A stretch of 64,000 nucleotides of DNA. Origin: a virus. Below the pieces are notes generated by a model, which searched no databases, had not been told where the DNA came from, and saw nothing but the letters and a program-made list of their open reading frames with translations. Positions 50,176-57,829 of the stretch are shown here, in pieces; position 1 is the first letter of the stretch, and each line of letters starts with the position of its first letter. The position numbers were made by a program, and so were the translations under genes. The DNA lies in IMG/VR virus record IMGVR_UViG_3300021371_000007, positions 17,947 through 81,946 of that record. The stretch is one strand, 5' to 3'.

Positions 50176-50482
50176 TGTCACTTTTTCTGTTGCTAGGCAA
50201 GTGACCAGCCCCCTTAATTATGCAGCTAGTGCGTAATTAGATGGTGCAAAGTTATCGTTTGCATTTGTAAAGTTTGGCTGAATATCGTAGGCCAACACGG
50301 TAATCTACTCTCATCTCTTCACGTCAGTCGATCCTAGTTCAGCCCCATCAAAAACACACTGTTGCTCAAGGTTGCGATCCTACAAGACTTACTGACGCCT
50401 AAACGTACTCAGTGTGCTTATGGTGGAGCTGCGCGGTACTGCCCCGCGGTCCTGTCCATGTGTTGACTTGTATCAACGATTA
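50176..50482 (-). ncRNA. ssrA: Circularly permuted (two-piece) tmRNA, alphaproteobacterial type
   Basis: Acceptor piece ends GACCGCGGGGCAGTACCGCGCAGCTCCACCA at 50421; 74-nt intervening segment; coding piece starts GGGGCTGAACTAGGATCGAC at 50346; tag frame 50262-50218 = ANDNFAPSNYALAA*. Outer ends approximate. Confidence 0.93.
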
Positions 50483-50483
50483 C

Positions 50484-50530
50484 AAAAAAGAGGTTTAATA
50501 CGATAGAGATATCGCAGTTAGTGACCTCTT
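50484..50530 (-). terminator. Hairpin plus U-tract immediately upstream of tmRNA
   Basis: AAGAGGT...TGCGATA-TCTC-TATCGTA...ACCTCTTTTTT. Confidence 0.5.
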
Positions 50531-50637
50531 AATTCCTTATTTATTTTTTGTCTTATCTTCTTATTAGACAGCTGTTTTAGTTTCTTTTTCCATGACTTAG
50601 ATAGTGCATGAGGTATTACTCCATTTTTAGGATTCAT
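50518..50637 (-). CDS. Small basic protein (39 aa, not in ORF track)
   Basis: AGGAG RBS; MNPKNGVIPHALSKSWKKKLKQLSNKKIRQKINKELRGH. Confidence 0.6.
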   Translation of the reverse strand: MNPKNGVIPHALSKSWKKKLKQLSNKKIRQKINKELRGH

Positions 50638-50646
50638 TATATTCTC

Positions 50647-50814
50647 CTATAAAGAAACTATACTAGTACTTCCTTTTTCTTTATTGGTAATTCTAGCATT
50701 ATAGTTTCTAAGCCTATTAAACCGGCTAGGCCGTTTATAAGGTGCAAACTTCAAAGGATTATTATGGAGTTTTTCTACAGCTTCGTTAATAATTTTATCT
50801 TTTTCAGTATTCAT
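50647..50814 (-). CDS. Small basic protein (55 aa, not in ORF track)
   Basis: MNTEKDKIINEAVEKLHNNPLKFAPYKRPSRFNRLRNYNARITNKEKGSTSIVSL; follows a promoter-like sequence. Confidence 0.55.
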   Translation of the reverse strand: MNTEKDKIINEAVEKLHNNPLKFAPYKRPSRFNRLRNYNARITNKEKGSTSIVSL

Positions 50815-50843
50815 GCGGTACTCTCTTTTTTATTATATAGTTA

Positions 50844-50872
50844 ATATTAACACTAAAAATAGTAGTTAGCAA
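50844..50872 (-). promoter_or_regulatory. Sigma70-type promoter
   Basis: TTGCTA-N17-TGT-extended TAATAT, the same pattern as the D5 promoter. Confidence 0.5.
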
Positions 50873-50885
50873 CAAAAATTTAAAT

Positions 50886-51152
50886 TTAAGATTTGGAGTT
50901 TGGTGTATTTTTTTGCTTCTTTGTGTAGCCTGCTTTTCTTTCTAACTTTTGCATTAGCGCTTGTCTTTTAGCTTCTGCTTTTCTGTATCTAGCTTTACCA
51001 GCTTTTTTAGCTTCTCTAAGCTTTTCAGATTTAGAAATATAGTAACTTTGTCTTTTAGCATCTGTATAAAACCCATCAGCATTTAATTTTCTCATCATAA
51101 TTTTATATGCTTTAGAGACGTCATTATTATATTTTTTTATACTTATTTTCAT
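50886..51152 (-). CDS. rpsU: Ribosomal protein bS21 homologue
   Basis: MKISIKKYNNDVSKAYKIMMRKL..DG....K.QSYYISKSEKLREAKK..KAR; start at ATG 51152 after AAGGT. Confidence 0.82.
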   Translation of the reverse strand: MKISIKKYNNDVSKAYKIMMRKLNADGFYTDAKRQSYYISKSEKLREAKKAGKARYRKAEAKRQALMQKLERKAGYTKKQKNTPNSKS

Positions 51153-51460
51153 TAATTTACCTTTATATAGTTTTGTATCCAGGAAGATAAGTGACCTGCA
51201 CAATATTTACCTATAAGTTTGGATATAATTCCATTATTTTTAGTTACCACAAACATAGGTGTTGTAATATTTTTTGAGAGGTCCGCACTGTTTACACTTT
51301 CTGTATTAATTCCTAGATCTTGCAGTGTGAGCAGTTCTCGTTGCACATAGGTTTTATTAAATTTGTTAAAATATCCTGTAACCTTCTTCAACTTGTTTCT
51401 CCTATTAGTCTGACACTTTTTAAGAGTAGACATATTTTGATTTAATTTTATTCTTGCCAT
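51152..51460 (-). CDS. Thioredoxin-fold-like protein lacking CxxC (start may be TTG 51391)
   Basis: ITTPMFVVTKNN..ISKLIG...LSSWI resembles a thioredoxin C-half. Confidence 0.4.
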   Translation of the reverse strand: MARIKLNQNMSTLKKCQTNRRNKLKKVTGYFNKFNKTYVQRELLTLQDLGINTESVNSADLSKNITTPMFVVTKNNGIISKLIGKYCAGHLSSWIQNYIKVN

Positions 51461-51511
51461 TTATAATTTTTCATGCTAATATTAATTTATAACAACAGGT
51501 AAGCAAATAAT

Positions 51512-51751
51512 ATGAAAGATTATCAGAATGAATTGAGCCGTTGTCTATCCGTAGTAAAGTGGAATCCTAATGAAGCACTCTCTGAGATGAACCTCTTAAG
51601 AGACGAAGCATTAAGTTCTCCTTTAAAAGAAAAACTTTGGAAGCGTAAGGCTCGTGAAATAAATAACTTTTTAGATTCTTTAGAAAACACTCGTTACTAT
51701 AAAGAATCTGAATTCTGGAAAAACTCAAAACCAAGTAGGTTAATAATATAA
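51512..51751 (+). CDS. Hypothetical protein
   Basis: First ORF after the strand switch; coupled to the next ORF. Confidence 0.55.
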   Translation: MKDYQNELSRCLSVVKWNPNEALSEMNLLRDEALSSPLKEKLWKRKAREINNFLDSLENTRYYKESEFWKNSKPSRLII

Positions 51752-52086
51752 TGAATAAGTATCAACAAGACTTTAACTCTTTAAAAACACTATTAACTAG
51801 CCCTTTTACCTCTGTAGAAGATGTTGTAAAGCTAGTTAAACCACTTTTGTTAAAGATGAATAATCCAACCTTTTATAAAAAGTATTTATACACTAAGCCC
51901 GAAGAGGCTTACGGGGGAGTAGGGAGTTATTCCAATAATATGTTTACCATATTTACTAACGAGTGTATCAAAATTATTAATGAATGTCAAGACTTAAATG
52001 AAATGCTCAGGAAGCTACAAGTAGAATACTCATGGACAAATCGACACTCCGAGCCCTACTGGTTTAAAAATACAAAAAATACTTAG
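51751..52086 (+). CDS. Hypothetical protein
   Basis: TAATG coupling; followed by a terminator. Confidence 0.55.
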   Translation: MNKYQQDFNSLKTLLTSPFTSVEDVVKLVKPLLLKMNNPTFYKKYLYTKPEEAYGGVGSYSNNMFTIFTNECIKIINECQDLNEMLRKLQVEYSWTNRHSEPYWFKNTKNT

Positions 52087-52104
52087 TATAAGTACAAATA
52101 AAAT

Positions 52105-52135
52105 CAGCTGCAGGCCACTCTTGCGGCTGTTTTTT
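52105..52135 (+). terminator. Intrinsic terminator
   Basis: CAGCTGCAGG-CCACT-CTTGCGGCTG-TTTTTT. Confidence 0.75.
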
Positions 52136-52157
52136 ATTAACATAAGGGGAGTAGTGT

Positions 52158-52631
52158 ATGATAAAATCAATAACTATTTTTTTATTATTACTTGGTGCAA
52201 AAAGCGCATTAGCGGATACAAGTAAAGAAATAGAATGCTTGGCAAAAAATATTTACTTTGAATCTCGTAACCAATCAGTAAGAGGTCAAATAGCTGTAGG
52301 AAATGTAACCATAAATAGAGTAAAAGATAGTAGATTTCCAAACTCAGTGTGTAAGGTAGTAACTCAAGCCAAAAAAGACAAAAATAATAATATAATACTT
52401 AACAAATGCCAATTTAGTTGGTATTGTGATGGTATAAAAGATACTATGTTAAACAAAGAAGTAAAAGAATTTTCTTTTAAACTAGCTAAGGCGTTAATTT
52501 TAGGGCAAATATCAGACGTAACAAACAACTCAACGCATTATCATAGTAAAAAAGTCAAACCTTATTGGAGTAGACACCTATCAAAAACGGTTACTATAGA
52601 AGATCATCACTTTTATAGGTGGGAAAAATAA
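52158..52631 (+). CDS. SleB/Hydrolase_2 cell-wall hydrolase with signal peptide
   Basis: CLAKNIYFESR, NRV...RFPNSVC.VV, QFSWYCDG, THYH, HHFY. Confidence 0.9.
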   Translation: MIKSITIFLLLLGAKSALADTSKEIECLAKNIYFESRNQSVRGQIAVGNVTINRVKDSRFPNSVCKVVTQAKKDKNNNIILNKCQFSWYCDGIKDTMLNKEVKEFSFKLAKALILGQISDVTNNSTHYHSKKVKPYWSRHLSKTVTIEDHHFYRWEK

Positions 52632-52641
52632 AAATTTAAGA

Positions 52642-52671
52642 TTGACTAACATAACAAGCGTTTGATAAAAT
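52642..52671 (+). promoter_or_regulatory. Promoter, probably driving a leaderless mRNA
   Basis: TTGACT-N18-TAAAAT with TG extension; ATG begins 6 nt after the -10 box. Confidence 0.5.
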
Positions 52672-52676
52672 AAAAA

Positions 52677-52988
52677 ATGATAGAAGAAAGTGACTTAACT
52701 GACGACATCAAAAAAAATATAAACTGGCTACACGAAAGGTCACAGAAAACAAAAAGCGATTTAGAAACTCATGAAGCTGTGTGTGCTGAGCGATATATTC
52801 ATATTAGTCAGTCTTTAGCCGCCTTAAATACAAGCATAGAACAAAGTAATATAAGGATACAAGAACTCCATGACACTGTATCAGCTAGTAAAGTAAGTTT
52901 AAAAACTCTAATGTTTATAGGTTCTTTCATATTAGCAGTTTCAGGATTTATTTATACTATTATAGGGATACTTAATCAAACACAATGA
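52677..52988 (+). CDS. Coiled-coil protein with C-terminal TM
   Basis: LETHEAVCAERY motif; hydrophobic C-terminus. Confidence 0.6.
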   Translation: MIEESDLTDDIKKNINWLHERSQKTKSDLETHEAVCAERYIHISQSLAALNTSIEQSNIRIQELHDTVSASKVSLKTLMFIGSFILAVSGFIYTIIGILNQTQ

Positions 52989-53335
52989 CTAGAGAAAAAG
53001 AAAAAGAATTATTAAAATATCTGCTATCTAGTCCTCCTATGGATGTTTACAATGAAGATAACATGGATATTCAAGAAAGTAATTTAGAATTAGTAGAGCC
53101 TAGACCTATTAAAGCTACTGAGGAAGAGCTAGAGTCTAGAGAGATTGGTTCAGCTAATTTGTTTTTAGCTTCAGCATTTTTGAGCACTATAAATGACATT
53201 GATTTACCTGCTAAATCAGACGAAGACGTAACTAAGGCTCAAAAACTATGGCAACAATGGATGACAGAGCTTAAAGAAGATAATTTCTTACGAGAAAAAC
53301 CTAATACATTACGAGAAAGTTTTAAAATTGTTTAA
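52985..53335 (+). CDS. Hypothetical acidic protein
   Basis: Overlapping, coupled ORF. Confidence 0.55.
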   Translation: MTREKEKELLKYLLSSPPMDVYNEDNMDIQESNLELVEPRPIKATEEELESREIGSANLFLASAFLSTINDIDLPAKSDEDVTKAQKLWQQWMTELKEDNFLREKPNTLRESFKIV

Positions 53336-54020
53336 CTATGAAAAGTGTTTAGAAGCGTATAATATAGATAAAGAATCTGGAAGAGTATATAAAACTCCAG
53401 ATGGGGAGTATCCTAGCATAACTACTATTTTAGGAGCTACCTCAAATAATTCTTTTTTACATAAGTGGAGAGAAAGAGTAGGAGAAGAAGAAGCTAATAG
53501 GATATCTAAAGAAGCTACTGATAGAGGTACTGCGGTACATGACTATATAGAACAGTACTATTTACAAGAAGATAGAGTTTTTAGCGATTGGTTTGTATCT
53601 TCTGGACTTTCCAAAGAGCCAAGAAAAATTAAACAACCTGCTAGAGACATTATAAAAGAGTGTGATAGAAATAATTTTACTCCTTATGCCCAAGAAATAC
53701 CTTTATGGCATCCTAAACTAAAATTTGCAGGAAGAGTAGATGGTATTGGATTATGGAATGGCGTATTATCTATAATAGATTTTAAAACTTCAAAAAAGAA
53801 AAAGTACACCTCTCAAATAAAAAACTACTATATACAAGCTACTGCATATGCTGTTGCACATAATTACTTATTTAATACTGCTATAAATAATTTTTCAATA
53901 GTTATTGGAGTAGATGAAAAAGAATCTCAATGTTTTACAGGTAAAGTAGTAAATTTTATACCTGAGCTTAAATACAGAGTCAGATCTTTTTACACTCAAC
54001 AGAAAGGAATTGAATATTAA
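53328..54020 (+). CDS. PD-(D/E)xK exonuclease (Cas4/RecB-like)
   Basis: YPSITTIL, RGTAVH, AGRVD, IIDFKTS, QATAY. Confidence 0.88.
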   Translation: MFNYEKCLEAYNIDKESGRVYKTPDGEYPSITTILGATSNNSFLHKWRERVGEEEANRISKEATDRGTAVHDYIEQYYLQEDRVFSDWFVSSGLSKEPRKIKQPARDIIKECDRNNFTPYAQEIPLWHPKLKFAGRVDGIGLWNGVLSIIDFKTSKKKKYTSQIKNYYIQATAYAVAHNYLFNTAINNFSIVIGVDEKESQCFTGKVVNFIPELKYRVRSFYTQQKGIEY

Positions 54021-54705
54021 GAACTCTTCAAAACAACAAGAATACTATCGTCTAATAGAAAAATACGACTTATTATTTTTAACAGGCGCCGCTGGAACCG
54101 GAAAAACTTATGTAGCGTGTAACTCAGCTTTAAATTTTTTAGAAAGAGGTCTTATTGAAAAAATTATTATAACAAGACCTGTTGTAGCTACAGAAGATAT
54201 AGGTTTTTTGCCAGGAACTTTAGAAGAAAAAATAAATCCTTTTATGGACCCTATAGTAGGGGTATTATCTGAGATTTATAACTCTAAAGAAATAAAAAAG
54301 ATGATTGCTAATAACGTAATAGAGGCAGTTCCTTTAGCTTATATGAGAGGAAGAACGTTTTCTAACTCTTTTATAATACTTGACGAAGCTCAGAATACTA
54401 CTCAAAAACAAATGAGTATGTTTTTAACTAGGTTTGGTAGAAATATTAAGTGTTGCATAACAGGAGACTTATTACAGTCAGATTTACCTACTAGAGAAAA
54501 TGGACTAAACTGGGCATCGTCAAAACTAAGTCCCTCAGACTTAGTAGCTTTTCTTACTTTTACTAGTGATCACGTTGTAAGAAGTCCTTTAGTCAAAGAA
54601 ATTATGAGATATTTATATGCAGAAGAAACGTCGTATCCCATTAAAAAAGCTTTTAGAGCTGGAAGCCTTGAGTCTATTGCCCCGAGAGAGGTCGTTAATA
54701 GTTAG
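54010..54705 (+). CDS. phoH: PhoH-family ATPase
   Basis: GAAGTGKT, GFLPG, MRGRTF, DEAQN, GD..QSD. Confidence 0.95.
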   Translation: MNIKNSSKQQEYYRLIEKYDLLFLTGAAGTGKTYVACNSALNFLERGLIEKIIITRPVVATEDIGFLPGTLEEKINPFMDPIVGVLSEIYNSKEIKKMIANNVIEAVPLAYMRGRTFSNSFIILDEAQNTTQKQMSMFLTRFGRNIKCCITGDLLQSDLPTRENGLNWASSKLSPSDLVAFLTFTSDHVVRSPLVKEIMRYLYAEETSYPIKKAFRAGSLESIAPREVVNS

Positions 54706-54808
54706 CATTAAAAAGGCTCAAAGAGACTACCCTCAAATAACTCCTAAAATGTATGCAGCGTTTAATGGTATATACGATAGCTATTTTTATACAGGAGAAG
54801 ATCAATGA
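54617..54808 (+). CDS. Small hypothetical protein
   Basis: ORF overlapping the phoH end; supplies the RBS for the next ORF. Confidence 0.45.
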   Translation: MQKKRRIPLKKLLELEALSLLPRERSLIVSIKKAQRDYPQITPKMYAAFNGIYDSYFYTGEDQ

Positions 54809-54966
54809 TAAGTAAAGAAAGATATTGTAAGTCTTGTGGGCATAGATGCCACTGTTATTCTCCTGATTGTTCTGAATGTAAAAATGATGTATGCATAAGC
54901 TGTAAATGCTCTTCTAGTGAAAAGAGCTTTTGGCCTGATAATCCAGGGGAAGCGTACTCTATTTAA
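54805..54966 (+). CDS. Cys-rich metallothionein-like peptide (53 aa, not in ORF track)
   Basis: AGGAG RBS; MISKERYCKSCGHRCHCYSPDCSECKNDVCISCKC...; 9 Cys and 2 His. Confidence 0.6.
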   Translation: MISKERYCKSCGHRCHCYSPDCSECKNDVCISCKCSSSEKSFWPDNPGEAYSI

Positions 54967-54976
54967 GGAGATTTTT

Positions 54977-55111
54977 ATGCCCGTAAAAAAAGTAAAAGGT
55001 GGCTATAAGTGGGGAACCACTGGAAAAGTTTACAAAACTAAAAAAGCTGCAACTAAGCAAGCTAGAGCCGCGTATGCAAACGGTTATAAAGGTAAAAAAA
55101 GGAGAAAGTAA
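54977..55111 (+). CDS. Small Lys-rich protein
   Basis: AAGGAG RBS; MPVKKVKGGYKWGTTGKVYKTKK...KKRRK. Confidence 0.7.
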   Translation: MPVKKVKGGYKWGTTGKVYKTKKAATKQARAAYANGYKGKKRRK

Positions 55112-55112
55112 T

Positions 55113-55265
55113 ATGCCTAAAATGAAAACAAAAGCCCCTAAATATACAGCAGGTAAGAAACCAACAAAAAAAGATACAGCAAAAAAAGGACTTACTGCTG
55201 CTCAAAAAAAGCTTCCCCCAGCACTTCAAAAAGCTATACTTAAAAAAATGAAAGCCAAGAAGTAA
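55113..55265 (+). CDS. Small Lys-rich protein
   Basis: AGGAG RBS; MPKMKTKAPK...GLTAAQKKLPPALQKAILKK. Confidence 0.7.
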   Translation: MPKMKTKAPKYTAGKKPTKKDTAKKGLTAAQKKLPPALQKAILKKMKAKK

Positions 55266-55280
55266 ATTTATATATTATAA

Positions 55281-55961
55281 ATGGTTGAAGAAGACTTTCA
55301 AGCGTGGCAAGCTTATCCTGAGCTTAGGTGGGTATTTAATAAACTAGATATTAGTTTAAAACTGGGATATAGTTGTGGGCCCGCAGGAGTTCCTATATCT
55401 AAAAAAGGTATGTATATAATAAGACCCATATATAATCTTTATGGTATGGGAATTGGAGCGCATAAAAAATATTTAGACCCTGATTTACATTCAAAAGATA
55501 TGATAGCGCACAAATATATACCTCCTGGTTATTTCTGGTGTGAATGGCTAGAAGGTGTTCATCAAAGTATAGATTTTATCAAACATAACGATAAGTGGGA
55601 ACCTTTTAGTACTATGATAGGCATTCATGAGTCAGAAGATAATTTAGTCACTTTTAAACAGTGGGAAGTTATTAATAATTCTTTTATTCTTCCCGACTGG
55701 GTACATAGTATAAATACAGAAAAGTATTTAAATATTGAGACTAAAGGTAATAATATAATTGAAATACATTTAAGAAGTGGTAATGACCACATATGGGACT
55801 TACCAATAGGAACAAAAATAATACCTGTATGGGAAGGTAAAGATTATTCTGAGTACCACCACTTAAAGTTTATAGGCAACCTACATTCTGATACTTTTTT
55901 ATATAAAGCAGATGGTCATTTATCTAATATAAGAAAGGGTTATTATATACAACCCGTTTAA
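55281..55961 (+). CDS. Hypothetical protein, possible ATP-grasp-like fold
   Basis: NKL, IIRPIYNLYGMGIG, FWCEW.EG.H.SID, NIE...IIEIHLR. Confidence 0.5.
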   Translation: MVEEDFQAWQAYPELRWVFNKLDISLKLGYSCGPAGVPISKKGMYIIRPIYNLYGMGIGAHKKYLDPDLHSKDMIAHKYIPPGYFWCEWLEGVHQSIDFIKHNDKWEPFSTMIGIHESEDNLVTFKQWEVINNSFILPDWVHSINTEKYLNIETKGNNIIEIHLRSGNDHIWDLPIGTKIIPVWEGKDYSEYHHLKFIGNLHSDTFLYKADGHLSNIRKGYYIQPV

Positions 55962-55974
55962 AAAGGAACAATAC

Positions 55975-56151
55975 ATGGCATCAAAACCAACTAATCCAAG
56001 CCTATGGTCAAGAGCTAAGACAGAGGCAAAAAAGAAATTTAATGTTTATCCTTCAGCATATGCTAATGCGTGGGCCGCAAAATGGTATAAGTCTAAGGGC
56101 GGTAAATGGAAAGGTGCTCCTACTAATAAAGTGAGAAAAAAAAGTGGCTAA
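55975..56151 (+). CDS. Small Lys-rich protein (58 aa, not in ORF track)
   Basis: AAGGA RBS; PTNPSLW...AKKKFNVYPSAYANAW..KWYKSKGGKW. Confidence 0.7.
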   Translation: MASKPTNPSLWSRAKTEAKKKFNVYPSAYANAWAAKWYKSKGGKWKGAPTNKVRKKSG

Positions 56152-56371
56152 GGGCGGATTAGGTAAATGGTTTTCAGAAGAATGGGTAGATGTTAAAACA
56201 GGTAAACCTTGTGGTCGTTCAGGAAAAAAAGATAAGAGAAAATATCCTGCTTGTAGACCTAAAGCAGTAGCTTCTAGAATAACAAAACAAGAAGCTTCTA
56301 AGAAAAAAGGCCGTAAAAAAGTAAAATGGTCTGTGACGTCTTCTGGAAAAAGAAGAAAGTCTAAAAAATAA
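56144..56371 (+). CDS. Small Lys-rich protein
   Basis: GGLGKWFSEEWVD.KTGKPCGR...YPACRP. Confidence 0.7.
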   Translation: MAKGGLGKWFSEEWVDVKTGKPCGRSGKKDKRKYPACRPKAVASRITKQEASKKKGRKKVKWSVTSSGKRRKSKK

Positions 56372-56383
56372 AGGAGAATCATA

Positions 56384-56551
56384 ATGATTACTAGAACATT
56401 ATCGTGGATAAAGTCAAAACTAAAAGAAAGAACTTCATGGGATGGCGCTGCTTTAATAGCTACCGGAATAGTTATGCTTATGATGCCTATAGACTTAGTA
56501 GCCTATGCAGCTATTGCTTGGGGTATATGGACTATATGGAAAAGTGAATAA
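56384..56551 (+). CDS. Small two-TM membrane protein (55 aa, not in ORF track)
   Basis: AAGGAG RBS; WIKSKLKERTSWDGAALIA...AWGIWTIWKSE. Confidence 0.65.
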   Translation: MITRTLSWIKSKLKERTSWDGAALIATGIVMLMMPIDLVAYAAIAWGIWTIWKSE

Positions 56552-56557
56552 ATATTT

Positions 56558-56836
56558 ATGTGGGATATGATTGAACGTATGTCTTCAGACAGATTATGGT
56601 TATATACTGCTTTAGCAGGAAGTATTTTTGGTGCTATATTTGTAGCCTATATTAGTACTACTAGGTTAGGGCTATGGTGTTATTCAAAAATAGATATAAT
56701 ATTAGATATCTTGATAGTTAAATTAGGATGGAGTTGGTTACAACAACCAAAAGAAGTTTGGAGAACTAAGCTTCCTGCTGGTCTTATAAAAAAAATAGAT
56801 GATATGGAGACACGAATAAAACATTTAGAAAAGTAA
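56558..56836 (+). CDS. Membrane protein
   Basis: DRLWLYTALAGSIFGA TM segment; C-terminal coiled coil. Confidence 0.6.
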   Translation: MWDMIERMSSDRLWLYTALAGSIFGAIFVAYISTTRLGLWCYSKIDIILDILIVKLGWSWLQQPKEVWRTKLPAGLIKKIDDMETRIKHLEK

Positions 56837-56844
56837 TAATTACT

Positions 56845-56873
56845 TTGCTGGCTAGGTTAATATGTGTTAAAAT
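56845..56873 (+). promoter_or_regulatory. Sigma70-type promoter
   Basis: TTGCTG-N17-TGT-extended TAAAAT, followed by AAGGAG. Confidence 0.45.
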
Positions 56874-56885
56874 AAGGAGATAATT

Positions 56886-57245
56886 ATGGCAAAAGCAAAA
56901 GATGCTAGAAGGCTGCCTAGTGGAAAAATAGAATACAGAGGGGAAAGCTATCCAGGGTTTAACAAACCTAAAAGAAATACCTCTTCTTCAAAACACAAAC
57001 AGGTTGTACTAGCAAAAAAAGGTGATGAAATAAAAGTAGTAAGATTCGGTCATAAAGACTATGGACATAATTATTCTGAAGAAGCTAGAAAGAACTATCT
57101 TCAAAGAAGTGCAGGAATTAAAGATAAATCAGGAAGACTTACTAAAGATGATAAATTTTCTGCTAACTATTGGGCAAGAAAAAAACTATGGGCAGGAGCA
57201 GGGGGTTCTAAAAAGTCCCCTAAAAAAGGAGGTCCTAGAAAATGA
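56886..57245 (+). CDS. Lys-rich basic protein
   Basis: GFNKPKR...VVRFG...ARKNY..R...SANYWARK.LW. Confidence 0.75.
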   Translation: MAKAKDARRLPSGKIEYRGESYPGFNKPKRNTSSSKHKQVVLAKKGDEIKVVRFGHKDYGHNYSEEARKNYLQRSAGIKDKSGRLTKDDKFSANYWARKKLWAGAGGSKKSPKKGGPRK

Positions 57246-57829
57246 AAATAAATAAAAATGGGCATACAGATGTATCTTCCTCTCGAAGAATGTGTGATAT
57301 GATTATTGAAGATTCTCAAGAAATATTAGCTGCTTTACCCTCTAATTCAGAAGCATCTTTACCTACTTGGTGGACTAATAAGCTAGCTGTTTGTTCAGCA
57401 TATATGAATAGTTCTAGAGACTATTTAGTACACATGGAATCTTCAAGTGTTGCTTTAGATTATGAAAATACTAAAGAGCATACAGAAAATGAATCTGTAC
57501 AGGTTGGAGAATATGTAACTAAACATTTTGATATATGTCCGAGCGCTCAAGAGTTGTACTCTGATATTACTAATAAAACAGATATGATTCATCTAGTAGT
57601 AGAGGCTGCTATGCTACATGACTTGTTTTTTAAAAGAGAAAAACAAATCATAGCTATGGGAGCTGCAGATCAAGACTCAGTTGATAAAGCTCAACACTAC
57701 GCAGATATGATTATTAGTTTAGCAGAACAAATGAATTTAGTTAGTGAACATTCTTATATAGAAGACGTACACATGGCAAAAATTAAAGATATAGCTAATC
57801 AAGAAGCTTCTATAGAAATAATCATGTAA
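57242..57829 (+). CDS. Hypothetical two-domain protein
   Basis: GHTDV...LPTWWTNK and TKHFDICPSA motifs; AGGAGG RBS. Confidence 0.6.
   Translation: MKINKNGHTDVSSSRRMCDMIIEDSQEILAALPSNSEASLPTWWTNKLAVCSAYMNSSRDYLVHMESSSVALDYENTKEHTENESVQVGEYVTKHFDICPSAQELYSDITNKTDMIHLVVEAAMLHDLFFKREKQIIAMGAADQDSVDKAQHYADMIISLAEQMNLVSEHSYIEDVHMAKIKDIANQEASIEIIM

Noticed and set aside
50347-50420. Hammerhead ribozyme in the tmRNA spacer
   Set aside because: Lacks the CUGANGA and GAAA core.
50421-50452. Stand-alone or pseudo tRNA-Ala
   Set aside because: It is the acceptor piece of the permuted tmRNA; there is no anticodon arm.
53328-54020. Cas4 as evidence of a CRISPR system
   Set aside because: Stand-alone phage exonuclease without the four-Cys cluster; no array nearby.
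56857-56870. CtrA box
   Set aside because: Spacing is TTAA-N6-TTAA rather than N7, and such words are common at this AT content.
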